NCBI GenBank assembly: GCA_045654745.1
Contig: JAZONW010000015.1
Location: forward strand, 2,250 to 66,249
DNA: 64,000 nucleotides
Direction of reading: 5' to 3'
From: Victivallaceae bacterium
Lineage (GTDB): Bacteria; Verrucomicrobiota; Lentisphaeria; Victivallales; Victivallaceae
Shown here: one piece after another, positions 53,202-62,316 of the stretch
How the letters are laid out: each line of letters starts with the position of its first letter
How positions within the stretch are numbered: position 1 is the stretch's first letter
Translations under genes and position numbers: made by a program
Notes under the pieces: model-generated
Database searches by the model: none
What the model was told of the DNA's origin: nothing
The model's input: the letters and a program-made list of their open reading frames with translations, nothing else

Positions 53202-53759
53202 AGTTTTCTGTCAAATGCGGCGTGGAAGATATAAATGTTGAGCGAGTTTATATCAGCTATGATGAGTATCTGAACGGAAAGAAGAAACGTCCGTTGTATC
53301 TGGCAACAGCGACCAGGCAGCAACAAGGCTATCCCCAGACGGAACTTGTTGAAACCGATATAATATATCACCTGAAAATAAAAAGTCAAGCATTTCTTTG
53401 TATTCCGAAGCCGCTTCGGGCTGGACAAAAGAAATGCAGGATTAGCAAGTGAGATAGAAAACGCTGTAATAAGAAAGGAAAAGAGATTTGGCGACATCCC
53501 GGGGCTATCCGACAACAGTCAATTGACAGGTTAGATTCAACTGTAATGTCACATGACAAGCAACGAATCAGCTCCCTATCTGGGCGTACACCGGAAAATG
53601 TTGCAGATGCCACCAGCTTACTTGGATCCAAATCTGGACATAATATAAACCCGTTTGCGAAAAAGTCAAGTGATTATGCGACGCAGAGCCGATATATGAA
53701 ATCATATCGGCAACCCGTCAAAAAAGGAACACACAAGCATCCATAAACGGTAGTTTAAA

Positions 53760-53844
53760 TGGTGCGCCGTGTGGGACTTGAACCCACACGCCTTGCGGCA
53801 CAGGAACCTAAATCCTGCGTGTCTGCCAATTTCACCAACGGCGC
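53760..53844 (-). tRNA. tRNA-Leu (anticodon TAG)
   Basis: 85 nt. Acceptor GCGCCGT/ACGGCGC, anticodon loop TTTAGGT, long variable arm, T-loop TTCAAGT, encoded CCA. Confidence 0.9.
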
Positions 53845-53853
53845 ATTTGCAAA

Positions 53854-54297
53854 TCAGTGTTTTCCGGTGCTGCCGAATCCGCCGGTGCCGCGGTCGCTTT
53901 CGGATAGTTCATCTGCCAAAACCAATTCGCAACCGGTCAGTTTGGCAATGACCATCTGGGCGATCCGGTCTCCGCGTTTGATTTCAAAAACATCAGGCCC
54001 GGGGTTGAACATAATGATCCCGACTTCACCGCGGTATCCTGCGTCGATCGTTCCGGGGGAATTGGTCAGGCTGAGGTTGTGTTTCAGGGCCAGACCGCTG
54101 CGGGGGCGTATCTGGGCTTCGTATCCGACCGGGATTTCCATGGAAAAGCCCGCCGGGACAAGCGTACTGCGTCCAACTGACAGCAGGCAATCATTTGCCG
54201 CACGCAGATCATAAGCTGCATCATCCGGGTGTGCTTTTGCCGGGAAAAGATCACTGCACCCTTCTTTCATCTTGATGTTGATTTGGCATTCTGTCAT
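53854..54297 (-). CDS. dut: dUTP diphosphatase
   Basis: AAYDLRA, RPRSGLA, GTIDAGYRGE, RIAQMV and RGTGGFGSTG motifs. 147 aa. Confidence 0.95.
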   Translation of the reverse strand: MTECQINIKMKEGCSDLFPAKAHPDDAAYDLRAANDCLLSVGRSTLVPAGFSMEIPVGYEAQIRPRSGLALKHNLSLTNSPGTIDAGYRGEVGIIMFNPGPDVFEIKRGDRIAQMVIAKLTGCELVLADELSESDRGTGGFGSTGKH

Positions 54298-54337
54298 TGG
54301 GGCGACTCCTGAAAGTTACTTTTTTTTCTGTCTATTT

Positions 54338-54366
54338 AATCTAACGCATCCGGTACTTTTTTTCAA
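54338..54366 (-). promoter_or_regulatory. Candidate promoter of dut-tRNA-Leu
   Basis: On the minus strand: CTTGAAAAAAAGTAC, then N17 spacing from TTGAAA to TAGATT. A near-identical 31-nt element (24 identical positions, same spacing) lies at 55825-55855. Confidence 0.45.
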
Positions 54367-55262
54367 GTCAGTGACGGAGCAAAAGCCAATATTGCCGCTC
54401 CTGTCAATATCAGTATCAGTGCGACAAGTTTACGGCAGAGATTTTTTTCACGGAAAAACACTATTCCGTAGAGAAAAGGTATCACTGCACTGCTCCGCCG
54501 CAAAAACGAAAGGATCGAAATTCTGGTGTCCGGCATAGAAAGGGCGTAAAAATAAAGACAATCTGCCACGATCAGCATAATACCGGTAAGCGGGATGCTC
54601 CATTTCCAGACAAAGGCTGTGCCGCGGCAGAAAAAATATTTTCTGACCAGCATTGCCGCTCCGAGTATCAGCGTGAGGTAGAGCGAAAAATAAAATTGTA
54701 CTGCTTCTTTGGCAATGGCAAGAGTATTGAGCAGAAATTTATCATAAAGAGCCGAAGCTGCTCCGGCAAGCGTACCGGCAATGATAAGCATCATCGCTTT
54801 GCTGTGCCATTTGAAACCCTCGCTGTGGCCGAGTGAGGAAAAGAGGATGAAACCGGCAAAAACTGCCGCCATCCCCGTCCCTTGCAGCAGGGTAGGGATC
54901 TCGCCGAAAATAAAAAGACTTCCCGCCAGTGTCCACAAAGGGGCACTCGCCCGTATCGGAGCGGCAAGAGACAATGGCAGATCACGCATTGCGTAGTAAA
55001 CGCAGACCCAGCTGATGGTGACGATGACGGATTTCAACAGTATCAGCCAGAGAGTTTTCTGCCCGGGCATCATTACAAGAGCATATCTGCCGCTTATCGC
55101 CAGGCCGGCACAAAAAAACAACAACCCTGAAAAAGTTGCCCAAAAAAGTACCGGCATAACGGAATTGCCGGCTACTGAATGCTTTTTCAGAATGTCATAT
55201 ATGCCCAGAGCCAGTGCCGAAAAGATTATCGGCAGGGCAAAATGCTGAAGCTGGGAGAGCAT
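54363..55262 (-). CDS. EamA/DMT-family transporter
   Basis: 299 aa with 10 TM helices arranged as two EamA-like halves. Confidence 0.75.
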   Translation of the reverse strand: MLSQLQHFALPIIFSALALGIYDILKKHSVAGNSVMPVLFWATFSGLLFFCAGLAISGRYALVMMPGQKTLWLILLKSVIVTISWVCVYYAMRDLPLSLAAPIRASAPLWTLAGSLFIFGEIPTLLQGTGMAAVFAGFILFSSLGHSEGFKWHSKAMMLIIAGTLAGAASALYDKFLLNTLAIAKEAVQFYFSLYLTLILGAAMLVRKYFFCRGTAFVWKWSIPLTGIMLIVADCLYFYALSMPDTRISILSFLRRSSAVIPFLYGIVFFREKNLCRKLVALILILTGAAILAFAPSLT

Positions 55263-55271
55263 CGGACAAAA

Positions 55272-55751
55272 TTATCTGGCAAAACGCAGAAATTCAGCTT
55301 TTATCACCCGGCGGTAGGTGGATATCCCGGTAGTGGTTTGCCGGGTGCGTCCGAATGCACTGCCGTAGTTGAGGTCGACATCCCGGTTGATCTGCCGCCA
55401 GCTGCTGGATGTGTCATCGTAATCAAACTGGGTTTGAAATAAAGGAGTGGATGCGGCGTGCTGCGGAGATACTTTCTGCTCGGTGATGAGAATGGCGTCG
55501 GCGCCGTTGGAAGCGGCTTCGCTTTTAAGTTTTTCGATCATTTTTTCCCGGCTGACATCCTGATAATTGGCGGATACGGAAGCGGTTCCGAGGACGGCGT
55601 ATTTCTGCTGCGGCAGGTTTTCCGGAGTGTAGTATTTCACCTTGTCGGCACTGGTGATGACACTTTCACTTCTGCCGTCGTAGGAGTAAGAGATGCAACC
55701 GCTGCAAAACAGCATTATACTGAAAGCCGCAAGCAAAAAAATATTTTTCAT
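55272..55751 (-). CDS. Lipoprotein of unknown function
   Basis: Signal peptide plus lipobox MLFCSGC. 159 aa. Confidence 0.6.
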   Translation of the reverse strand: MKNIFLLAAFSIMLFCSGCISYSYDGRSESVITSADKVKYYTPENLPQQKYAVLGTASVSANYQDVSREKMIEKLKSEAASNGADAILITEQKVSPQHAASTPLFQTQFDYDDTSSSWRQINRDVDLNYGSAFGRTRQTTTGISTYRRVIKAEFLRFAR

Positions 55752-55825
55752 TTTTATTCCTGTTTTTTATGTTTTTTCTGTCAAAATGCCGGTTTTTTTG
55801 CCGGACATATTTCTTTCGTCGATAT

Positions 55826-55854
55826 AATCTAACATTTTTAGTACTTTTTTTCAA
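55826..55854 (-). promoter_or_regulatory. Candidate promoter of the lipoprotein-EamA unit
   Basis: On the minus strand: CTTGAAAAAAAGTAC, N17 spacing, TAGATT. Twin of the element at 54337-54367. Confidence 0.45.
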
Positions 55855-55949
55855 GAGTTGTTGCCTTATTAGTTGAATTTTTTGGCAAAAGGTGATATTT
55901 TAAAACCAAGATTGGTTTCAATCCCCCTTAACAGAGGAGTTACAGATAG

Positions 55950-56819
55950 ATGATGGATCTCAGTGGCGTATATACAGCACTCATTACCCCTTTCGCAGGT
56001 GGAAAAGTTGACTATCCGGCGTTTGAAAGACTTATCGAAAATCAAATCAAAGGCGGTGTCGCTGGCATCGTCCCCGTCGGTACCACCGGAGAAAGCCCCA
56101 CTCTCGATTACGATGAACACAGCAAAGTTATAGAATGTGCCATCAAATGCGCCGCCGGAAGATGCAAAGTCATCGCCGGTACAGGAGCTAATTCCACCGC
56201 AGAAGCAATCAGATTGACCGCTGAAGCCAAGGAGATGGGGGCAGATGCCACTTTGCAGGTTACTCCGTATTACAATAAACCCACCGGCGAAGGTATGTAC
56301 CGTCATTTTTCGGCGGTCGCTGAAGTCGGTTTGCCGGTCGTACTCTACAACGTTCCCGGACGCAGCGGCGTGCCGATCCCCGTTGATGTCATTGCCAGAC
56401 TTTCTGAAAATCCGGCAATCGTGGCGGTCAAAGAAGCCGGCGGCAATGCTGACCGGGTTTCGCAAATTCTGGAAAAATGCGACATTTGCGTATTGAGCGG
56501 TGACGATGCGCTGACTCTGCCGATGATGTCTCTCGGTGCCAAAGGTGTCATCAGTGTCGCTTCTCACATTATTCCTGAGCAGGTCGTTGCTATGGTCAAT
56601 GCCGCTCTTGCCGGAGATTTCAAAACCGCACTTGCCATTCACCGCAAATATTACAGACTGTTTTGCGATCTGTTTATCGAGAGCAATCCGATCCCTGTCA
56701 AGGCTGCGATGGAAATGGCCGGATTCACCGCCGCAGAATATCGCCTGCCGTTGTGCGGGATCAGTGACAGCCACCGTGAAATTCTGCGTGAAACTATGAA
56801 AAAATGCGGAGTTTTGTGA
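55950..56819 (+). CDS. dapA: 4-hydroxy-tetrahydrodipicolinate synthase
   Basis: GVYTALITPF...GIVPVGTTGESPTL...YNKP... A canonical 289-aa DapA. AGAGGAG lies upstream. Confidence 0.93.
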   Translation: MMDLSGVYTALITPFAGGKVDYPAFERLIENQIKGGVAGIVPVGTTGESPTLDYDEHSKVIECAIKCAAGRCKVIAGTGANSTAEAIRLTAEAKEMGADATLQVTPYYNKPTGEGMYRHFSAVAEVGLPVVLYNVPGRSGVPIPVDVIARLSENPAIVAVKEAGGNADRVSQILEKCDICVLSGDDALTLPMMSLGAKGVISVASHIIPEQVVAMVNAALAGDFKTALAIHRKYYRLFCDLFIESNPIPVKAAMEMAGFTAAEYRLPLCGISDSHREILRETMKKCGVL

Positions 56820-56820
56820 T

Positions 56821-57393
56821 ATGAGCAGCGACAGTTCAAAAAAGAAACTTCCGCCGCAGCGTCTGCTGCATGAATTGGCAATGCAGGATATCAAAGAGGT
56901 GCTTGCCAAAAATTTTCATATCGTCGAAAACAAAATCCTTTACCGTTCCGCCCAGCCGGAACGCAAGGAATTTATCGAACTTGAACGCAAAGGATGCAAA
57001 AGTATTCTCAATCTGCGCTGCAAACACAGCGATCTTGCCAAAATCAACGGCCTTAAATTGCGGGAATACCGTTTGCAGACCCATATCGTAACCAAAGATG
57101 ACATCATTCAGGCTCTTTCGGTGATCCGTGATGCCGAAGTACCCATTCTGGTGCACAGCTGTGCCGGTACTGACCGCACCGGTATCATCGTTGCGGCTTA
57201 CCGTATCGTTTTCCAGAATTGGAGTGTCGATGATGCTCTGGCGGAATACAACGATGTCCTCTACGGCAAACACCGCCATATTTACCGTCATTTGAGCCGC
57301 ATCATCCGCCGGATAGACTGGGATGAAATAAAAACGGTCATCGGTGAGCCTCAATGGCGTTCCAATGAAGTTCAGGAAGCTCTTGCGGAGTGA
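56821..57393 (+). CDS. Protein tyrosine / dual-specificity phosphatase family protein
   Basis: CX5R P-loop VHSCAGTDRTG. 190 aa. Confidence 0.75.
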   Translation: MSSDSSKKKLPPQRLLHELAMQDIKEVLAKNFHIVENKILYRSAQPERKEFIELERKGCKSILNLRCKHSDLAKINGLKLREYRLQTHIVTKDDIIQALSVIRDAEVPILVHSCAGTDRTGIIVAAYRIVFQNWSVDDALAEYNDVLYGKHRHIYRHLSRIIRRIDWDEIKTVIGEPQWRSNEVQEALAE

Positions 57394-57400
57394 TTTTTTT

Positions 57401-58666
57401 ATGGCTGAAGTGTCAGAAATGCAGGCCAGACTTCTGGAAATGGGCAGGCAGGCCCGTGTTGCCGCCGCAGAACTTGCGGTGATGGATTCTGATGCCAAAA
57501 ATGCCTGTTTGCGGCGTATGGCATCGCGTCTGCGTGCCGCCGCCGACAATATCATATCTGCCAACCGGAACGATGTCGCCAATGCGGTAAAAAACGGTCT
57601 TTCTGCGGCGATGATCGACCGGTTGACTCTGAATGTCGAACGCATCGAAAATATGGCGGCCGGTCTGGAAACGGTTGCTTCTCAAAGCGATCCGGTCGGC
57701 AGAGTTATTTCTGAAAATGTCAGACCCAACGGACTTGTTATCAGCAAAGTATCGGTGCCTTTTGGCGTGATCGGTATAATCTATGAATCCCGCCCCAATG
57801 TCACCTCGGATGCCGCAGGTATATGTATCAAAGCCGGTAATGCGGTGATACTCCGCGGCGGCAGTGAAGCGTTTGCTTCCAATCAGGCCATCGCCCTCGA
57901 ACTTGATCGGGCGGCGGTGGAATCCGGTCTGCCGGATGGTGTGGTACAGTTGCTCCCGTGGACAGACCGGGCGGCAGTGCCTCTGATGCTTGCTATGGAT
58001 AAATATATTGATCTGGTTATCCCCCGCGGCGGAGAAAGCCTGATCCGCGCTGTGACCAAAGATGCAACTATGCCGGTGTTGAAGCATTATAAAGGAGTGT
58101 GTCACCTCTTTGTGGATAAAACCTGCGATTTTGATTCGGCGATAAACATCATCGTCAATGCCAAATGTCAGCGCCCCGGGGTTTGCAATGCTCTGGAAAC
58201 GTTGCTGATCCATCGCGATGCCGCCGCCGGATTTGTACCGCTTCTCGCCGCGGCTCTCGGTGCGAAAAAAGTGGAATTGCGTGGCGATGCAGAATTCTGC
58301 AAACTCTGCCCGCAGGCTCTCCCTGCGACCGAAAACGATTACTATGCAGAATACCTTGACCTGATCCTTGCTATCCGCATTGTGGATGATGTCAAAGCGG
58401 CGGTAGATCATATCAATACTTACGGTTCCCGGCACAGCGACGGTATATTGAGTAACGATGCCGGAAATATTGAATATTTCCTCAAACGCGTGGATTCTTC
58501 AAGTTGTTATGTCAATGCATCCACCAGATTCACCGATGGCGGTGAATTCGGGATGGGGGCGGAAATCGGTATCAGTACCGATAAGCTCCATGCCAGAGGG
58601 CCTATGGGCGCTGATGAGTTGACCAGTTACAAGTATCTCATCCGCGGTAATGGACAAATACGGTAA
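57401..58666 (+). CDS. proA: Gamma-glutamyl phosphate reductase
   Basis: Aldehyde-dehydrogenase-fold ProA (IYESRPNVT..., CNALETLLIH). The ATG at 57401 follows the PTP stop; the track start overlaps the PTP gene. Confidence 0.92.
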   Translation: MAEVSEMQARLLEMGRQARVAAAELAVMDSDAKNACLRRMASRLRAAADNIISANRNDVANAVKNGLSAAMIDRLTLNVERIENMAAGLETVASQSDPVGRVISENVRPNGLVISKVSVPFGVIGIIYESRPNVTSDAAGICIKAGNAVILRGGSEAFASNQAIALELDRAAVESGLPDGVVQLLPWTDRAAVPLMLAMDKYIDLVIPRGGESLIRAVTKDATMPVLKHYKGVCHLFVDKTCDFDSAINIIVNAKCQRPGVCNALETLLIHRDAAAGFVPLLAAALGAKKVELRGDAEFCKLCPQALPATENDYYAEYLDLILAIRIVDDVKAAVDHINTYGSRHSDGILSNDAGNIEYFLKRVDSSSCYVNASTRFTDGGEFGMGAEIGISTDKLHARGPMGADELTSYKYLIRGNGQIR

Positions 58667-58681
58667 TAAGGAAGAGTACTG

Positions 58682-60463
58682 ATGATTGTACCGATGAAAA
58701 AAGTTTTGCTGCTGGCAGTCGCATCTGAAAAAGAAGCGGCGCTGGACGCTCTGCGCGATGCAGGAGTTATGCAGATCACCACCACCGGCACCACCACCCG
58801 CAAAACCGATTATGCCGCTACGACACTGGCTTTTGGCCGCAAAGTTTCTGCCGTGCTGAAAAATACCGCGGCAGGTCTGGAAAATATCCCCGAATGTCAA
58901 AATGTATCCGGGCAGGAAATCGTGGAAAAATGCGGTGTCGCTATTGAGCGTCAAAGCAAACTTGCCGGAGAAATCGAAACCATACAGAATAAGTTGAAAC
59001 AACTTGCCCCGTGGGGATATTTTGACCGTGCTTCGCTGGATGGTCTCAATGAAAAAGGTGTGGATATCCAGCTATGCTCTGCGTCTGCCAGAGAATTCAG
59101 CAAATTATCGGAAATAGAAAATATTTCACTGGTTGAACTTCGCCGGGAAAAAGGCAAGATTTACTTTGCCGCCGTTTGTTGCGGAGCAGATCCTGAGGCT
59201 CTGCTTGCTCTGCCGGCAGTGAAACTCAATGCCGATGATAATCCGGCAATGCTGCAGAAAAAACTGAATGAACTTCTTGGCGAATACAATGATTGCACTG
59301 CCGTCTTGCAGGGATTTGCCGGTTGTACCGGAGTGGTGGAAGAATATCTGCTGACTTTGGAATCTGATTGGGAATTCAGTCAGGCTATGGATTCCTGTGT
59401 AGATCACCGCGCGGTGATTTCTCTTGGCGGATTTGTGCCGGATTTTTCTGTTGCCAAATTGCAGGAATATGCCGGTAAACACGGCTGGGGATTGGTTATT
59501 TCAGATCCGGAAGCATCCGATGATGTCCCGGTTCTGTTAAAAGAATCCAAATTCAGCCGCACCATTAAACCGCTTTTTGACTTCCTCGGCATCCTGCCCG
59601 GATACCGTGAAATGGATATTTCCGGCGGCGTTTTGATATTCTTTACCGTTTTTTATGCTATGATCATCGGTGATGCCGGTTATGGATTGCTTTTTACTTT
59701 GGCTTCGCTGTTGGGAACTTTGAAATTCCGTCATAATGAAAAAGCCCGTACGCCTTTGAAACTTGCGTGGATTTTGAGTATTGCCACCGTGATATGGGGC
59801 GGACTGTCAGGCAGTTTTTTCGGCGTGGAAGTCGGTGGATTGCCGTGTCTGACCGGTGAAAGCAAAAATACAGTGATACAGATTTTCTGTTTCCTGCTTG
59901 CGGTTGCCCAGTTGTCACTCGGACATATCTGGAGTGCAATACACCAGCGCAATTGGAAAAGTTTCGGCTCCCATGCCGGTTGGACTTTGATCATTCTGGC
60001 AAATTTCTTTCTGGCGGTGCGGATCATTGTCGTACCGGGGGATTTCCCGCAATATATGTATTACTTTTACGGGGCGGGACTGCTTTTGGTACTGCTGTGT
60101 GGAATCGACTGGAAAAATGCCGCAGATGTTTTCCAGTTCCCATTTTCTGTCATCGGCAGTTTTTCGGATCTGTTGAGTTATATCCGTCTTTTTGCAGTCG
60201 GGATGTCCGGTGCTTATATCGCCAGTAACTTTAACGGTATGGGTATGGATGTTATTCATGCTTCGCCGTGGCTGATCCTTGCCGGTGCTGTCGTCATTGT
60301 ACTTGGCCATCTGCTCAATATTTCGCTTGCAATGATGAGCGTACTGGTTCATGCCGTGCGTTTGAATACATTGGAATTTTCCAACCATACCGGATTGACG
60401 TGGAGTGGAAATGCTTTTCGCCCTTTCAAAAACAAATCAACCTCTAATAAAAAGGAAAAATAA
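58682..60463 (+). CDS. ntpI: V-type ATPase subunit I
   Basis: N-terminal soluble coiled region (MIVPMKKVLLLAVASEKEAALDALRDAGVMQI) plus a C-terminal polytopic domain with the conserved Arg region (LSYIRLFAVG). 593 aa. Confidence 0.85.
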   Translation: MIVPMKKVLLLAVASEKEAALDALRDAGVMQITTTGTTTRKTDYAATTLAFGRKVSAVLKNTAAGLENIPECQNVSGQEIVEKCGVAIERQSKLAGEIETIQNKLKQLAPWGYFDRASLDGLNEKGVDIQLCSASAREFSKLSEIENISLVELRREKGKIYFAAVCCGADPEALLALPAVKLNADDNPAMLQKKLNELLGEYNDCTAVLQGFAGCTGVVEEYLLTLESDWEFSQAMDSCVDHRAVISLGGFVPDFSVAKLQEYAGKHGWGLVISDPEASDDVPVLLKESKFSRTIKPLFDFLGILPGYREMDISGGVLIFFTVFYAMIIGDAGYGLLFTLASLLGTLKFRHNEKARTPLKLAWILSIATVIWGGLSGSFFGVEVGGLPCLTGESKNTVIQIFCFLLAVAQLSLGHIWSAIHQRNWKSFGSHAGWTLIILANFFLAVRIIVVPGDFPQYMYYFYGAGLLLVLLCGIDWKNAADVFQFPFSVIGSFSDLLSYIRLFAVGMSGAYIASNFNGMGMDVIHASPWLILAGAVVIVLGHLLNISLAMMSVLVHAVRLNTLEFSNHTGLTWSGNAFRPFKNKSTSNKKEK

Positions 60464-60465
60464 AA

Positions 60466-60921
60466 ATGACAAATGAAATCATGCAATCTCTCGCCCTCGG
60501 TGCCGGTTATGCTGCAGTAGGTCTTGCCGCAATCGGTTCATCCATTGCGACCGGTATCGCCGGTCAGGCTGCTGTCGGCGCCTGGAAAAAATGCTATCAG
60601 CAGGGCAAAACCGCACCGTTTTTGCTGCTTGCACTGGTCGGTGCTCCGCTGTCGCAGACAATTTATGCAATGATTATTATGATGATCATCAAAGGCAACC
60701 TTGCCACTGCTCCGCAGAATGCAATGCTGTATCTGGTAGTCGGTGTTTTTGCCGGTTTGGTGCAGATGTTTTCTGCTCTGTATCAGGGTAAAGCCGCCGC
60801 CGGTGCCTGCGTGGCTTTTTCTGAAACTGATCAGGGTTTTGCCAACTATCTGATGGTGCTTGGTATTGTTGAAACCTGTGCCATTTTCGGTCTGGTCTTC
60901 TCTCTGATGATCATGTCCTGA
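60466..60921 (+). CDS. ntpK: V-type ATPase proteolipid subunit K
   Basis: 151 aa with four Gly/Ala-rich TM helices (duplicated c-subunit). It lies immediately after subunit I. Confidence 0.85.
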   Translation: MTNEIMQSLALGAGYAAVGLAAIGSSIATGIAGQAAVGAWKKCYQQGKTAPFLLLALVGAPLSQTIYAMIIMMIIKGNLATAPQNAMLYLVVGVFAGLVQMFSALYQGKAAAGACVAFSETDQGFANYLMVLGIVETCAIFGLVFSLMIMS

Positions 60922-60948
60922 TCCCGCCGGAGAACATTTTGTGAATTC

Positions 60949-60981
60949 AGGCATCCGGCGTAAGATCCGGATGCCTTTTTT
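60949..60981 (+). terminator. Rho-independent terminator after ntpK
   Basis: 10-bp stem AGGCATCCGG/CCGGATGCCT with an 8-nt loop, followed by TTTTT. Confidence 0.75.
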
Positions 60982-61005
60982 CTGTTTGATACGCCTGTTT
61001 TGATT

Positions 61006-62316
61006 ATGAAAAAATCCGGCAGAATACAGACTTTACAATTGCTGAAATACACTGTTTACACCGGTGTGGCGGTATTGGCGGTGATGTATATCGTGCTTGC
61101 TCTGATATGGAGCAATCACTTGCCTTACCGCTTCCGCTGGTATGCTAAAATCGTGATAAAAACAGGTGTGTGGCTGGTTCTGCTGGATTTTGCGATACTG
61201 TTCATTATCAGTGTATGTGATTTCTGCCGCTGGCAATGGCAAAGGGGAATGAAACTTGTTGCCGGCGGTGTTATTATGCAGATTTTTTCGTTGTTTGCTC
61301 TTGGCGGAGCAGTTCTCTTTGATTATATCGGGCCGGCAAAAGATCATTTTGCCGACAAACTCAAACTGCCGGAAAATGTTGCCCTGATCATTCCCGATGA
61401 GGATAAAAGCATCATAGATTTCCGCAGTGCTCCCGCGGGCAGTTTCCAGCGCCGCATTCTCGCGTCAGTGAAAAACGGCAGACGGTTGAAAGATGATGAA
61501 AAAATCTCTCTCCCGGCACTGGAAAAACTGATGGAGTCACCCGTAAAGAGAAAAAAACTTTACCAATATCTGGCATCATCGCCGGACTGGCGGCTTTATT
61601 CTGATTCCCGCGGTGGATTGCACGCCGTACGGCGTTTTGTTGACCACAGTGGAACTCCCGTTGCTTCGGCAGACGGATATTATTCTTTTTACGGCAGAAA
61701 ACCGGATGACCGTTACAGTTTCCGCCTTGATATCGGGCTGGAAGGTTTGAGCTGGAATGGACGTCTGGCAAGGGAGGGGGCTGAAATAGAGCCATCCCAT
61801 CGCCGCAAAAGTATGACCCGTTTTTTTGCCGGAGATGCTCTGGTGGAAATTATTGAGGAATGCGGTCAAAGCGGTCGTCCGATGACTGCCTCTACCGTTG
61901 CATGGCTGCAGCAGGAGTTCAGCAAACTGGAACTGAAATCACCGGACAAAAGCAAAAAGCCCGGAGTGGTTTTGCGTGGCGGCAAAGGGGTATATACTGC
62001 TGATATTTACTGCAATCCCGGAGAAGCAGGCAAAATCTATCTCAAAGCCTTTGAAGTTACCGAGGAAATCCCATTGTCAGCCTACCGGTTGAAACATTAT
62101 GCCAATGAACGTACGGGGTTTTCCGAAGATTCGGCTGAAATGTTTTTCGGTCAGATAAAATTCAATATTTACGAGGGTGACTGGGGGGAATTTTACGGTG
62201 TGCGTCTGGAAGTTCACTTCGTCCCGGACGACAGCGATAAGCCGGAAAGAAAATTACTCGAAGGATTCTTTCAGATCGAGGGCTGGATGCGTTCACCTGC
62301 CCAGATCACGCCCTGA
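61006..62316 (+). CDS. Hypothetical membrane protein
   Basis: Three to four N-terminal TM helices followed by a soluble roughly 300-aa domain. First ATG is at 61006. Confidence 0.5.
   Translation: MKKSGRIQTLQLLKYTVYTGVAVLAVMYIVLALIWSNHLPYRFRWYAKIVIKTGVWLVLLDFAILFIISVCDFCRWQWQRGMKLVAGGVIMQIFSLFALGGAVLFDYIGPAKDHFADKLKLPENVALIIPDEDKSIIDFRSAPAGSFQRRILASVKNGRRLKDDEKISLPALEKLMESPVKRKKLYQYLASSPDWRLYSDSRGGLHAVRRFVDHSGTPVASADGYYSFYGRKPDDRYSFRLDIGLEGLSWNGRLAREGAEIEPSHRRKSMTRFFAGDALVEIIEECGQSGRPMTASTVAWLQQEFSKLELKSPDKSKKPGVVLRGGKGVYTADIYCNPGEAGKIYLKAFEVTEEIPLSAYRLKHYANERTGFSEDSAEMFFGQIKFNIYEGDWGEFYGVRLEVHFVPDDSDKPERKLLEGFFQIEGWMRSPAQITP

Noticed and set aside
53564-53576. tmRNA-like 5' end (minus strand GGGAGCTGATTCG)
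   Set aside because: There is no complementary acceptor 3' strand (AGCTCCC + ACCA) and no T-arm anywhere in the 558-bp gap, so it is not ssrA.
53759-54214. 151-aa plus-strand ORF
   Set aside because: It begins inside tRNA-Leu and is antisense to dut.
55869-58435. Three long minus-strand ORFs (55869-56909, 56836-57645, 57413-58435)
   Set aside because: They are antisense to dapA, the PTP gene and proA, with low-complexity translations.
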